A DNA stretch of 64,000 nt, from IMG/VR virus record IMGVR_UViG_3300044981_000214; one strand, 5' to 3'. A program made the translations under genes and the position numbers. The stretch comes from a virus (taxonomy: Duplodnaviria; Caudoviricetes). The notes under the pieces are model-generated. The model made no database searches, was not told the DNA's origin, and worked only from the letters and a program-made list of their open reading frames with translations. This document shows positions 36,905 through 47,257 of this stretch, piece by piece (the first letter of the stretch is position 1; every line of letters starts with the position of its first letter).

Positions 36905-37249
36905 GTGGCGCAGTTCCGTATGCCTAGCGAGCAAGTACTCGATCAATCGCCTGTCGTAGTTGTAATGTTTACCCTAAAAGGGTGTCATTTTTGTATAGAT
37001 TTCAAACCGCGATTCCAGAAATTAGCTGCTCCATACGCCGATCTAGTACCGATCGTTATGGCTGATGCCAACGACCCTAAATTTGAGTCTCTGGCCAATC
37101 GACTCAACGTTCAAGGCGTTCCTGCTACGTTTGTACTACGCAAGCCAGCAGGTATGATTCGCGTCGACGGTGCCGTCCCAGATAGCCAAGTAATTTGGCT
37201 ATTGAATATTGCCGCCCGAGAGATGCGATACCCGAACTCAGCCTTTTAA
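36905..37249 (+). CDS. Thioredoxin-fold protein
   Basis: CHFC active site and cis-Pro motif GVPAT. Confidence 0.85.
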   Translation: MAQFRMPSEQVLDQSPVVVVMFTLKGCHFCIDFKPRFQKLAAPYADLVPIVMADANDPKFESLANRLNVQGVPATFVLRKPAGMIRVDGAVPDSQVIWLLNIAAREMRYPNSAF

Positions 37250-37254
37250 GCCGT

Positions 37255-37491
37255 TCAGCAGAATGCCACTGACGCTGCCGCGACTACTATCAGTGTCGCT
37301 AATACAATTACGTCCATCATCATATCGAATCGCGTACGCTTGTAGACTTGTACACGACCGGGCCGTTTTACCGTCAATCCTTGACGCGCTTCATCAGTCA
37401 ACGTATATTCAATAATCGTGGAGCCGTTCGGCGTCTCTTTAATCACACGCTTACTGACAATAGTTGATTTCATGCCTAGTTTGTACGCCAA
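37255..37491 (-). CDS. Small protein with C-terminal TM
   Basis: Hydrophobic C-terminus. Confidence 0.55.
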   Translation of the reverse strand: MAYKLGMKSTIVSKRVIKETPNGSTIIEYTLTDEARQGLTVKRPGRVQVYKRTRFDMMMDVIVLATLIVVAAASVAFC

Positions 37492-38270
37492 TAGACATAG
37501 TGATGTCTAGGTGTTTCGTGGGAGTCCCCGTCGTAGCTATTGGTAAAATGTGCCCACCCATCGCTTGAAATAGCTTCGTTTACGGCCTGTTCGATATCAA
37601 TCCCAGCAATTTCAATAGCCTTCTCCGTTGGATTTTCATAGCCCAAATCGTTCAACCACTGCATTGGGTCTTGCGAACGTTCTTCAGCTGTCTTTTCTTT
37701 AATTTCTTCAATATACTTGTCGGCGACCGCCGACGGCATGGCCCCAGTTTCTTCGTCGGGTTCAGGGATGTCTATATCCCATCGCTTGGCGTCTTCCCAA
37801 AAACGTTCCGGATCATCCTTAGCAATTTCGTTCCAATATTCATCTTCCATCTCAGCGTCTTTGACCCACTCCCGTAATTTAGCTATGTTGATATGTCGCG
37901 CAATGAAGTCTTGATTGAAAATCTCAGGCTCATTGTTCAAGGTTTCTCGAACTTGATCACGCGCCATTTCTTCAGCGGTCTCTTTTTTTTCGAACGCACG
38001 ATATTCTTTGCGTCCTAGCTTTATTTCATAGCCGTCGTCGGAGTCTGATTCTTCGATATCCAAGTCTGTCGGATCAACGTCCAATGCTCTAGCCATATCA
38101 AACAAAATCAGGTACTGAATCAGGTGCTGTTCTTCAGCAAGATCCTCGGCGGTCGACAATGCTTGAGCCGCTTCAGAATCATCAGGATCATATTGACTCA
38201 GCAAATCCTCGATATGTTCCTCAGCTTTAGCCTTGGACATAGCAGCGCCTAAAGACTTGCGTCGCATCAT
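37476..38270 (-). CDS. Highly acidic protein with short basic leader
   Basis: D/E-rich after MMRRKSLG. Confidence 0.75.
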   Translation of the reverse strand: MMRRKSLGAAMSKAKAEEHIEDLLSQYDPDDSEAAQALSTAEDLAEEQHLIQYLILFDMARALDVDPTDLDIEESDSDDGYEIKLGRKEYRAFEKKETAEEMARDQVRETLNNEPEIFNQDFIARHINIAKLREWVKDAEMEDEYWNEIAKDDPERFWEDAKRWDIDIPEPDEETGAMPSAVADKYIEEIKEKTAEERSQDPMQWLNDLGYENPTEKAIEIAGIDIEQAVNEAISSDGWAHFTNSYDGDSHETPRHHYVYWRTN

Positions 38271-38276
38271 GACGTT

Positions 38277-38795
38277 CTATCGCCAATAAGCTAATACTCG
38301 ACCGAACGAACCATCACCAGACGAGTCACCTGACGAGTCACCTGACGAGTCACCTGATCCATCGTCATAGTTATCATCTGGTGCAATTGGCGTAGTCACA
38401 ACAGCTACCGGAGCGGCTGCCGTGTTATATGCAGTAGCTGCACTACCTGGCGTGGTTACAACCGTCATACCTGGCGCTGCAGCCTGTACAGCTATACCGT
38501 CGGCCTGCCCATAGTTGTTAGCACAGTGAGCAAGCTTAACAAGCCCTGCGAGCGCCGTAATACCGCCTAGAAACAGTGCAGGCGTCCATGCACGTTCGGT
38601 CTTGGCTAGCTTGAATGCGACCCCAAATGTCAGCGTTGTAAGCGCACCGCCGATAATTGCAGCAGGTACACCGACAGCAGCTAATCTATGGCCCCAATGG
38701 CCACGACGGTGGCTATATCCGTTAGAAGATGGCCAATTTTCGGAATCGTAATTACCATCGGATCCATCTCCAAGAATACGTGCTGCTGCCAACAT
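38277..38795 (-). CDS. Two-TM membrane protein with DSSG repeats
   Basis: Two hydrophobic helices; 12-bp tandem repeat 38314-38357. Confidence 0.7.
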   Translation of the reverse strand: MLAAARILGDGSDGNYDSENWPSSNGYSHRRGHWGHRLAAVGVPAAIIGGALTTLTFGVAFKLAKTERAWTPALFLGGITALAGLVKLAHCANNYGQADGIAVQAAAPGMTVVTTPGSAATAYNTAAAPVAVVTTPIAPDDNYDDGSGDSSGDSSGDSSGDGSFGRVLAYWR

Positions 38796-39130
38796 TATCG
38801 AACTCCTTTGCCGATTGACCTGAGCGCTATAGGACTATCAGGTTGCGTTGCGTCGCTTCGAGAAGTTTTCCCGTGAACGCCGTTTTTGACACCGTTCTTA
38901 GCTAACCCATTTGACGTGTTCACTAGTGTCTGTATGACATCAGACGGTTGACCATAACGGCGTTGATGGTGTGCTTGAATAGCCAGCGCTTGTTCAGTGA
39001 GCATGTGATCAAACTCGGCAGTTTGATGATGGTTCTTGCGCCACCACCAACGTTGCCAAATCGAGGCAACGACGATGATCATACAGAACAACCCCATCGA
39101 GATTATGAATGATGTATGCATCTTATGCAT
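38795..39130 (-). CDS. Single-pass membrane protein
   Basis: N-terminal TM then WQRWWWRK; start approximate. Confidence 0.6.
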   Translation of the reverse strand: MHKMHTSFIISMGLFCMIIVVASIWQRWWWRKNHHQTAEFDHMLTEQALAIQAHHQRRYGQPSDVIQTLVNTSNGLAKNGVKNGVHGKTSRSDATQPDSPIALRSIGKGVR

Positions 39131-39329
39131 CTTCCTTGTTGGAAGTTTTGTCAGGAAGAGCCGATTCAGGCGCTTCAAGAATACGCAAGATCACGGCATT
39201 AAACGTAACGAGTTTATGCATCATCTTGCGCATCTCCATCAATTCCCTTGAGAACATCCACATCAGCCATACACCAAATCCCGTCGGGAACCCCCACCGC
39301 TCGATTAAATTTTGAATAATTTCCCACAC
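39123..39329 (-). CDS. YvrJ/BhlA-like small membrane protein (holin candidate)
   Basis: I...GFP...TM then coiled coil. Confidence 0.5.
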   Translation of the reverse strand: MWEIIQNLIERWGFPTGFGVWLMWMFSRELMEMRKMMHKLVTFNAVILRILEAPESALPDKTSNKEDA

Positions 39330-39365
39330 TTAACCGACCTTAGGTTGAGGGTTTAACCGAATTAT

Positions 39366-39512
39366 CTACTTGCGAAGCTGTTTGCGCATGCAGGTAATAT
39401 ATTTGCCGCTTCTTCGGTGCTTGCAAATTTTAGCTGCAGCCTTGAACCGTGCCCTAGCACGTTTCTGAGCTGGACTTGCAGCACGACGGGACTTACGACG
39501 ACGTTTGGCCAT
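39366..39512 (-). CDS. 48-aa protamine-like protein
   Basis: MAKRRRKSRRAASPAQKRARARFKAAAKICK...TCMRKQLRK. Confidence 0.75.
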   Translation of the reverse strand: MAKRRRKSRRAASPAQKRARARFKAAAKICKHRRSGKYITCMRKQLRK

Positions 39513-39547
39513 TTTGGCTTTGCTCCTGATTTTGAAGGTTGAGAAAA

Positions 39548-39691
39548 TTAACGCCGACGACGCGAACGCCCACCAAGCGCAGCACTCATGCACGAAGCAC
39601 GAGCCCGCTTACTGCGACCCTTACACATTTTGGCCGCGCGGCCGAATTTGGTCTGCCACGCGCGTTGAGCTGCACTACGATGCTTTACCAT
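39548..39691 (-). CDS. 47-aa protamine-like paralog (below ORF-track cutoff)
   Basis: MVKHRSAAQRAWQTKFGRAAKMCKGRSKRARASCMSAALGGRSRRRR. Confidence 0.7.
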   Translation of the reverse strand: MVKHRSAAQRAWQTKFGRAAKMCKGRSKRARASCMSAALGGRSRRRR

Positions 39692-39706
39692 TTGATTTTC
39701 CCTTCG

Positions 39707-39808
39707 TTATTTCTTGACTGCTGAACCGGATGGACGTTGAACTGGACGTGGCTGAGGCTGAGATGGCCTCCGCACACAGCAATTTTTGTTAAATGCAGGC
39801 GTTGTCAT
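39707..39808 (-). CDS. 33-aa basic Pro-rich peptide
   Basis: MTTPAFNKNCCVRRPSQPQPRPVQRPSGSAVKK; TATCAT 7 nt upstream. Confidence 0.5.
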   Translation of the reverse strand: MTTPAFNKNCCVRRPSQPQPRPVQRPSGSAVKK

Positions 39809-39835
39809 AGCAAATATGATAACACGGATAGCAAG

Positions 39836-39851
39836 GATCGCTACAGCGATC
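39836..39851. promoter_or_regulatory. Palindromic site GATCGCTACAGCGATC
   Basis: Divergent intergenic region. Confidence 0.75.
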
Positions 39852-39912
39852 ACAAGGTTAAGTATGCTATTCTAGATACGCCTCCTTCCCCTATCCCGAG
39901 GTCTCAACCCCG

Positions 39913-40902
39913 ATGGCTAATATCAATCCCCTCACACTTACTAGTGCCGTCCAGGTTGGTGCAGGCATATATGAATTGATTCTGACCAATTGGGGTAATC
40001 TTGGTACTGCTGCTGAGCCAAACAATGGGTCGATTATTTACCCCTCATTACCGGGCAACCAGGTAACTCTAGCTATTACTCAAAACCTGAGTGCGTACAG
40101 TTTCCCGCCCCCTCAAGGCATGTATGCATTAGCTATCGCTCCACGATCCGATATAGATCGTTGCATAATCAACTACATTAGCCAACCCCAAGCAGCACCG
40201 AGTTTAACTGTCCCGCCACCATTACCCGGTAGTACATTTGCCACGGGTTTTGTTCAGAATGGCGGCATCCTAGAAACGGAACAGGTGTTAAGTATCAATA
40301 GTCCTCTAATTGGACAGCAAGTAGGCCCATTAGTGATTCGGGCACATCCGTCGACCTTTTTCGGTGATACGTATGTTCAGACAACTACTGGTTCGTCATT
40401 AGCATTCGGAACTAATTCTGGCGTGTTCCTAGGCGGTTTTCCATTTCCGCCTGCAGCCAAGAACATATTTCAGATACCGCAGTTACGATTGCTAATGTAT
40501 ACAAGTAGCAAGGCGCCCCTACCACCAACTATTCGTGCCCCTGCAATTTGGGGCTTCTCTGAAGACGTTTCTGGTAATACGACTGAGAAACTGATCCGTA
40601 TTCTGCCTATAAGCGGTAGGACGCAAATTGTGGTTAGTGTTCAGAGCGTCAGTGGTACGTCATTCACGGTAAGACTGACAGGCATGGTCTATCTTGGAAA
40701 TAATCCTGCTGCAGGGAACATAGAAATCCCTCTCTTCCCGACTACGACAATAGCTGGATCTGCATCACAGAACATGACTATTTGTTCAAGCGATATCCCT
40801 AGTGGCATAACATTCTTATTGATATACATGGAACCTGCACCAGCTGGCGGTGGAGGTAGCGGTATTGGCAATTTCATAATCTCCGCCCAAGATATTGGCT
40901 AA
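39913..40902 (+). CDS. Putative virion structural protein (beta-rich)
   Basis: Low-charge, Pro/Gly/Thr-rich; precedes a fibre gene. Confidence 0.55.
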   Translation: MANINPLTLTSAVQVGAGIYELILTNWGNLGTAAEPNNGSIIYPSLPGNQVTLAITQNLSAYSFPPPQGMYALAIAPRSDIDRCIINYISQPQAAPSLTVPPPLPGSTFATGFVQNGGILETEQVLSINSPLIGQQVGPLVIRAHPSTFFGDTYVQTTTGSSLAFGTNSGVFLGGFPFPPAAKNIFQIPQLRLLMYTSSKAPLPPTIRAPAIWGFSEDVSGNTTEKLIRILPISGRTQIVVSVQSVSGTSFTVRLTGMVYLGNNPAAGNIEIPLFPTTTIAGSASQNMTICSSDIPSGITFLLIYMEPAPAGGGGSGIGNFIISAQDIG

Positions 40903-40914
40903 AGGTGTAATCCA

Positions 40915-42345
40915 ATGGCACTACCACCTAGCTGTAATCCTGCGATTCTGTCGATCTCGGCAGGGACAACTAATGCTACAGGGCCGCAAGTTGTTTTTAG
41001 TAACTCCAATGGTGTAAGTTTTGGCGTCAGCGGTAATACGGTCACTGCTAGCGTTATTGGAGGCGGAGGTGATACTGACTTAGCTGTTAGTGCTAACGGT
41101 AACAGCGTATCAGCCGGTACACTGGTATTTTCCAATAGCAACAACGTATCGTTCGGAATGGCAGGCAGTACGATCACTGCCTCAGCAACCGCTTCACAAT
41201 CGACTGCGCCGAGCGCTCTTGCAGCAGGGACGCAGACAGCTACAAGCGGGACTGTGGTATTTGCAAATTCCAACGGGCTTACGTTTGGAATGAGCGGAAG
41301 CACCCAAATCACTGGGAGCTATTCTCAATCTACCTCTCCTGGTGGGTTAGCGGCGGGCACACAAACGGCGACGTCCGGGACAGTCGTATTTAGCAATTCC
41401 AACAATATCTCATTTGGCATGAGCAACAGCAGTGTTATTACTGCGAGCTTCTCCCAGACGGTTCAACCAGGCGTTACAGCGATCGGCGTCAGCAACATAG
41501 GCAATACGGCAGGTAATACCGGCACGACACAAGGAACTTACGTATTTGCAGGTGCAGGTGGAGTAACGCTCAGCCAAAGTACAGCAGCCGGATCACTAGC
41601 AACCTTATCAATCAGTATGGTAGGTCCTGCCGCTATCAGTGCGGCCGGCGCCTCTGCTTCAAGCGGTACAGTTGTATTCAGCAACAGCAACAACATTTCG
41701 TTCGGCATGAATGGCAACACTGTTACAGCAAGTGCGAGCGATTTCACGCACTCGTTCCTCTATCCAGCAGGTCAATGGCCCCTGCAACTTACAACACAAA
41801 ACGGCCAGAATTCATTGGTACTGCACGCTATAACTGCGGAACCAGTAGCATTTTCATTGTTCGCACAACGTGTGCTCTGGTCTGGTACATCTAACTCAAC
41901 AGCTACGATTAGCTATACTTTCCAAGTAGGCGTGTATACCAAGAGCATCTCATCAATGTCACTAGTAATGTCGACATCATTTAACGGGTCAATCAATCAC
42001 TCGGGCAATATTAACAACAGTTTGTACGCCAGTGAACGTGTTGTGACTGTGGCATGGACAAGTACACTTAACCGCGGCGATTACTATATTGGGCTACTGT
42101 CCAGTACAACATTTTCGAGTCAGAACGTTAACGCGCTAGAAAATATTCTAGGCAGCCAGCCGTCTACTAACTTTGTAGGCGTGCTGGGCAACGTAACTTC
42201 GGCAAGTGTTCAGGAAGTATTGGGCCTAGGCCACTATAGCTTAACGACCGGCGCAATGCCTTCTTCTATAGCCTTTTCCGATATTATCGGCACAGGTGCT
42301 AATGATAGGCGTGCGCCGATATATTACTTTGGCCAGACAGTCTAA
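40915..42345 (+). CDS. Fibre/spike protein, repeat shaft + head domain (paralog 1)
   Basis: Repeats of ISAGT...SGTVVFSNSN.xSFGM...ITAS. Confidence 0.75.
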   Translation: MALPPSCNPAILSISAGTTNATGPQVVFSNSNGVSFGVSGNTVTASVIGGGGDTDLAVSANGNSVSAGTLVFSNSNNVSFGMAGSTITASATASQSTAPSALAAGTQTATSGTVVFANSNGLTFGMSGSTQITGSYSQSTSPGGLAAGTQTATSGTVVFSNSNNISFGMSNSSVITASFSQTVQPGVTAIGVSNIGNTAGNTGTTQGTYVFAGAGGVTLSQSTAAGSLATLSISMVGPAAISAAGASASSGTVVFSNSNNISFGMNGNTVTASASDFTHSFLYPAGQWPLQLTTQNGQNSLVLHAITAEPVAFSLFAQRVLWSGTSNSTATISYTFQVGVYTKSISSMSLVMSTSFNGSINHSGNINNSLYASERVVTVAWTSTLNRGDYYIGLLSSTTFSSQNVNALENILGSQPSTNFVGVLGNVTSASVQEVLGLGHYSLTTGAMPSSIAFSDIIGTGANDRRAPIYYFGQTV

Positions 42346-42348
42346 GAT

Positions 42349-45294
42349 TTAGACTTGAATGTAGATTCGCGGTGCTGCTGATGATACGGATGAGTAGACG
42401 AATGGGTTGGGTAAAGCGCCGGTTTGGCTTCCCGTTGCATTTACACCTGCAGTAATCTCGGCTGCCGTCGGAGTCGATGTACCAAAATCAATATTGGGCA
42501 TGATACCTGCGGGGGTGATTGTTCGCAAGGTTGGCTGAGGTGCAGGATTGCCCTGCACGACACCTGCTATCCAGTATACGCCTGGTGTTAATGCTGTACT
42601 AAGTCCAGTAATCGTCAATACACCCGGTACTCCAGGATCTCCAGCGGCTACACTAAATGTACCCGCGTCTAGTAACAATGCGCCCGGGCGTCCCGTTCCG
42701 TCATCGGCATAAATGCCGGCGCGATAAAGCGCCCCTGCACCACCCCCCGTAGTGACCTCGCAAGCTATAGCCTGAACGGTTACAGCATTAGGTACCCAAA
42801 AAGGTGTAGCCCTCAGTGCACCGTTATTAAGGGTGATGCTAGTAGAGACACTTCCAAAGTTAGGTGCAGCATACCATCTACCGTGCTGCCAATTGGACGA
42901 GTACGGGCCTTGACCAAGAACCTGTCCAATACCTGCAGTTGTTGTCAGAAGCTGCTGCCAGCCGCCTGATAGACCGGTTTGGTTGATAAAAGCAGTCCCA
43001 GCACCTCGGACAATAGCAACTGATCCGATTGGAGCGGCGACGGCTGGAGCTGACGCATAAGAGTATATTGCGATGTCGTTGCCGTTACCTCCAATTTGTA
43101 AGGGCGCATGAGGGTACCCAAAGTTTGTCGATACGCCACCGCCAAACATTGGGATCGTGCTGTCTGAGCATACATTATCAACAGCAACAGGTATAGTTAC
43201 CGATGTCCGGCCATCAATCTCCCAAGATATGCACGCTGTCATCACTCCAGCGGTGACAGCATGGAAAGTATTCGCGCTTATGTCAGCATAGTTGCACAGT
43301 GTGCCACCTCCAACAGATGCCGTAGCAACACCTATATTGAAATCAGTACACTCATTTCCACGAATGATTGCAGTATCCATGTTCCGAGCTACTGACAAAT
43401 CCAAGAAAATACCGTACTGTGTTGTTGACGCTACGCCAACAAACTCCCATACAACAGTATTGTCAGTGATCGATGATCCAGTTCCTGTCGGTCCACCTGA
43501 ACCTGCACTAGTACCGGGAGCTACTTGATAGACATTACCTCCGTTGTGAACTTCAGTAGGTGTCGATGTGGTGCCTAGGGCATAGACTGTGTTTGGCGCC
43601 CATAACGAGCCGGTCGAGCCAGCGCCAACGTAGTTCCAAACCACAGTGTTGTCGACGATGCCAGAGCCAGTACCTGTCGGGCCTCCGGCACCTGCGCTAG
43701 TACCTGCAATTACTTGATAGACATTGCCACCGTTGGTAACGCGTGTAGCGTTGTTGTAGAACACAGATTCTGCATAAACTGTGTTAGCCTGCCACGCTGT
43801 TGCTCCAATCGCGAATACGCGATTCCGTTCAGCACGGGCAGTTCCAGACGCTTGCATCACGATACCGTGTGCAGTAGTCGAATTAACGTATATAGAACAA
43901 TCACTCACACATAGATTGTCACTTGCTTGTCCACTCTGATTCCCTGCTATTAGCACCGCCTGAGGAGATGTAGCTGTGTCAGCTAATATAACCTGACAGC
44001 GGGAGAACCATACATCTTGCACATTACCTGAAATTTCGATCGGCATCTGTTCGGTTATTGCACTATCAGAGCAATTGATTGAACAGCTATCTACTACGAT
44101 ATTAGCGGCATTGTTTACCAAGACACCGCCATTCACGAACACGTCGCGCATCCATCCATTAACGACAAAGTCAATACCGCTTGCGTTATTAGAACCTGCA
44201 AACTGTACGGCCCAATTCCCAGGAGTACTGTCTACATAACCATGGTCGATAATGATCTCGCCATCTAACTGACTACATTCGACGTGTAATCCGCCTGCAT
44301 TGTTGGTGATGTAAAAGTCTCGAACGCTAGAACGATGATCAGTTCCAGCGTCGCCCCATGATATTCCCATCCATTTGTTGTCGTGGATATATACGTTGTT
44401 GACTATGCAATCGGTACTGTTCTGGAAGAACACGATTCCCGACCCTGTACCGTTACGTAATTCAACATTGCGTACTGTCACACGTTGGCAGTTATTCAAA
44501 AACACATCGTCGCGATGGTTATTATCAGGTATAGATTGATTTATTTTGTTGCCGTCGTAGGTCAGATTTTCTATGATAAAATCTGAGATCGCAGTACCCG
44601 CTTGATTGCTAAACCCTCGCACACTTGCACGCTGATTAGCCGCTGTTATAATAACGACACCTTCACGGCTCTGTCCAAGCCATGATACGCCCGTCATCAT
44701 CTTGATCGTTTGGAAAGCCCCTAGATATTCAGATACCAGATAGGTTCCGTTCGGGAAGTAGACAGTTCCACCGCCCGCTGCGAAGGCTGCAGCACCGGCA
44801 TTGTTTACAGCAATAGTGTCATCAACAATACCCCCACCAGTTGCACCGTATGACCTTACGTTGAAGAACGGCATCTTGGTGACTGCTGCACCAAGAGGAA
44901 TAAATTTGGAGGTTGCGGTTGAATACTTAACGCCGATTGTTGCGCCTGGCGGGATAGGCGTTAATTCACTATTGGCTAACGTAAACTGATTTGCAGCAGC
45001 AGAAAGGGTTTGATGTACTAAATTGATATTGAAACTCGTCGAGATATTAGTGATCCAGACAATCTGTCCATCAATAAATCCAGTCGAGTTCAATCCAGAC
45101 AAAGTAGCGTCAGCGGTTAGGTTCTGGTAAATAGTAGAAGTAGTAACCAATCCTGTTGGGTTGTAGTCATTGACAGCCCCGTTGATTGATGCGGGCGTAA
45201 TCGAGGCTGCAGCAGAAAGCGCTGTACTTATTTGAAATACCGCTCCGCCGACGTTGTTTAGCTGTCCAATGGTTACTGGTTTTGTCATAATCAA
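42349..45294 (-). CDS. Spike/depolymerase with right-handed beta-helix and two CBM-like repeats
   Basis: FNVRSYGATGGGIVDDT...VYFPNGTY pectate-lyase-like start; W.xNTVYA...NGGNVYQV x2. Confidence 0.8.
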   Translation of the reverse strand: MIMTKPVTIGQLNNVGGAVFQISTALSAAASITPASINGAVNDYNPTGLVTTSTIYQNLTADATLSGLNSTGFIDGQIVWITNISTSFNINLVHQTLSAAANQFTLANSELTPIPPGATIGVKYSTATSKFIPLGAAVTKMPFFNVRSYGATGGGIVDDTIAVNNAGAAAFAAGGGTVYFPNGTYLVSEYLGAFQTIKMMTGVSWLGQSREGVVIITAANQRASVRGFSNQAGTAISDFIIENLTYDGNKINQSIPDNNHRDDVFLNNCQRVTVRNVELRNGTGSGIVFFQNSTDCIVNNVYIHDNKWMGISWGDAGTDHRSSVRDFYITNNAGGLHVECSQLDGEIIIDHGYVDSTPGNWAVQFAGSNNASGIDFVVNGWMRDVFVNGGVLVNNAANIVVDSCSINCSDSAITEQMPIEISGNVQDVWFSRCQVILADTATSPQAVLIAGNQSGQASDNLCVSDCSIYVNSTTAHGIVMQASGTARAERNRVFAIGATAWQANTVYAESVFYNNATRVTNGGNVYQVIAGTSAGAGGPTGTGSGIVDNTVVWNYVGAGSTGSLWAPNTVYALGTTSTPTEVHNGGNVYQVAPGTSAGSGGPTGTGSSITDNTVVWEFVGVASTTQYGIFLDLSVARNMDTAIIRGNECTDFNIGVATASVGGGTLCNYADISANTFHAVTAGVMTACISWEIDGRTSVTIPVAVDNVCSDSTIPMFGGGVSTNFGYPHAPLQIGGNGNDIAIYSYASAPAVAAPIGSVAIVRGAGTAFINQTGLSGGWQQLLTTTAGIGQVLGQGPYSSNWQHGRWYAAPNFGSVSTSITLNNGALRATPFWVPNAVTVQAIACEVTTGGGAGALYRAGIYADDGTGRPGALLLDAGTFSVAAGDPGVPGVLTITGLSTALTPGVYWIAGVVQGNPAPQPTLRTITPAGIMPNIDFGTSTPTAAEITAGVNATGSQTGALPNPFVYSSVSSAAPRIYIQV

Positions 45295-45303
45295 TATCCT
45301 ATC

Positions 45304-46455
45304 TTATGATGCGAAAATAAAGAACCGTAGGACATCCCCTGTACTCAGCGTACCGCTGGGAACAACACGGAATGCAGTCAATGCGCGATTCGCCGTCCCC
45401 AACGGCATATCTAGAATCGGCATTAACGAGACTCCAGCTAACCCTGCAAACACGTCGTAATTGGTATTGGCAACGGCTGCCATAGTAACGCTGAAATCGG
45501 TCTCGCCTCCAGTTGCCGTATAGCCAACTACTTTTTGGATACTTGGTTGATAAAACGAGGCTGTAATTACACTGTTGTTGCTCATCCCAAACGTGACACT
45601 ATTTGAGTTGCTCAATACTATTGTGCCCGCTGTACCTGTTTGAGTCCCTGCGGCGATACCTCCAAAGGCTGCACTGAATGTTATTGTAGAGGCACTATAG
45701 CCAACCGAGACGTTGTTGCTATTAGACAGTACTACTGCGCCAGTTGACTGTGTTGCGGTGCCTACAATCATTGCGATACCAGATGCAGTACCGCCTACAG
45801 TCTGCACGGACGCTGTGATTGTAGAACCGACGATTCCAAACGTAACTCCGCCACCATTGGAAAAGAAAACAGCACCGTTAGAGACTTCAGCGTTGCTAGC
45901 GGAAATGGCTTTGATTCCATCAACGGTAGCTGTGACTACGCTGCTATTGTTCATTCCAAATGAGACACCGCTTGCATTCGAGAAAAGAATAGTTCCTGCA
46001 GTACCTGTCTGTGTACCTGCTGCGATACCTCCGAGCGCAGCACTAGCTGTGACAACGCTGTTATTGGACATCCCGAATGAGATGTTATTGCTATTGCTAA
46101 AGACTACTGTGCCGGTCTGCGCTACTTGCGTCCCAGCACTTATAGCTACCTGCCCTGTACCAGAATTACCGGGTTGTAGAATATACGGTGTAAGGGTTCC
46201 TAAACTGCCCGGCGGTTCTGCGTCCTCAATCGTATGCCAATGTTCAACATAGACCTCTACCGAGGACCCGCCAGAAGCTAGACGAGTGACTGTAACGTTG
46301 TTCTGATCTGCAATGACAAAGAAGCCTCCCACCTGAGGAAGGACAAGATGTGGCTTTACCGGTACACCGTGTACGTTTAGCAGGTGTGGCAGACTTGCTG
46401 GAACCCCAACAGCTAGACCTGTGAACGTCAGAACGTTCTTGAGTACAGTCGCCAT
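45304..46455 (-). CDS. Fibre protein, anchor domain + repeat shaft (paralog 2)
   Basis: Same repeats; N-terminal ~95 aa homologous to 61438-62142. Confidence 0.75.
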   Translation of the reverse strand: MATVLKNVLTFTGLAVGVPASLPHLLNVHGVPVKPHLVLPQVGGFFVIADQNNVTVTRLASGGSSVEVYVEHWHTIEDAEPPGSLGTLTPYILQPGNSGTGQVAISAGTQVAQTGTVVFSNSNNISFGMSNNSVVTASAALGGIAAGTQTGTAGTILFSNASGVSFGMNNSSVVTATVDGIKAISASNAEVSNGAVFFSNGGGVTFGIVGSTITASVQTVGGTASGIAMIVGTATQSTGAVVLSNSNNVSVGYSASTITFSAAFGGIAAGTQTGTAGTIVLSNSNSVTFGMSNNSVITASFYQPSIQKVVGYTATGGETDFSVTMAAVANTNYDVFAGLAGVSLMPILDMPLGTANRALTAFRVVPSGTLSTGDVLRFFIFAS

Positions 46456-46501
46456 CGGGGGTTATCTAACTCCCTTTGCCACCTCGTAAGTTTAACATAC
46501 A

Positions 46502-46535
46502 ATCCACTAGGATCGCTGTAGCGATCCTAATGGAT
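46502..46535. promoter_or_regulatory. Palindromic site GATCGCTGTAGCGATC within a 34-bp near-perfect palindrome
   Basis: ATCCACTAG-GATCGCTGTAGCGATC-CTAATGGAT. Confidence 0.75.
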
Positions 46536-46554
46536 GTTCCTAGTTCCAGACTAG

Positions 46555-46920
46555 TTACAACGGCTGCGGGAATTCCGCTAGAATCCACCAGTTTGATACA
46601 CCGTCACAAACTACCAACATGGAGTTGTATTGGTGAGGCAGTGACTTTGATGCCGAACCATCAATTGTATCTGCTCCGGTTGCAGCAACCGTAACGCCGC
46701 CCGCAAAGACGTTCTTGATGAAATACGCTCTACCAAGCGACTTAGACGCTTGTGGCAAGGTTACCGTGATCGCTGCAGTTGCCACAATGACTGCCTGAGG
46801 GCCTGTCACGCCTGCACTCCACGCAGTACCTGTTGATACGATTCCCCAATGCTGCCACATCTGGTTAAGCAGTGCGAATCGGCCGAATAACCCCATGAAG
46901 TCTATTGGATTGCTATTCAT
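46555..46920 (-). CDS. Small structural protein (fibre-associated beta domain)
   Basis: ITVTLP...FIKN...DTIDG...CDG.SNWWI pattern. Confidence 0.65.
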   Translation of the reverse strand: MNSNPIDFMGLFGRFALLNQMWQHWGIVSTGTAWSAGVTGPQAVIVATAAITVTLPQASKSLGRAYFIKNVFAGGVTVAATGADTIDGSASKSLPHQYNSMLVVCDGVSNWWILAEFPQPL

Positions 46921-46948
46921 ATAGATTCTCTTTTCGTTTAAAGGGTTA

Positions 46949-47251
46949 TTACGTTACGGGCCACGCTTCAGATATAGCTACGCTCATAAGCCCGCCTGCA
47001 CCAGCAGCGATACCATATACCGCTTCTTGTGGCGCTAACACGAATACATGCTGCTCACCTGCAGCAATGCGATATGTATCAGTTCCTGGTTGAGGTGCAA
47101 CAGAAGCTGTTTCACCAGCAATGAATATCAACGTGGTTCCAACGTTGTTTACCAACACCCGAATCGGTACAGTAGCCGCGCGTGCAAGCGTTGTTGGAGT
47201 ATTGGATCCAACCGCAGCTACTGTATACGTATTGAAGATTGAACGGCGCAC
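46949..47251 (-). CDS. Small beta-sandwich structural protein (penton/cement-like)
   Basis: Alternating beta pattern; homologous to C-terminal domain of 49505-50410. Confidence 0.55.
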   Translation of the reverse strand: MRRSIFNTYTVAAVGSNTPTTLARAATVPIRVLVNNVGTTLIFIAGETASVAPQPGTDTYRIAAGEQHVFVLAPQEAVYGIAAGAGGLMSVAISEAWPVT

Positions 47252-47257
47252 TTTATA

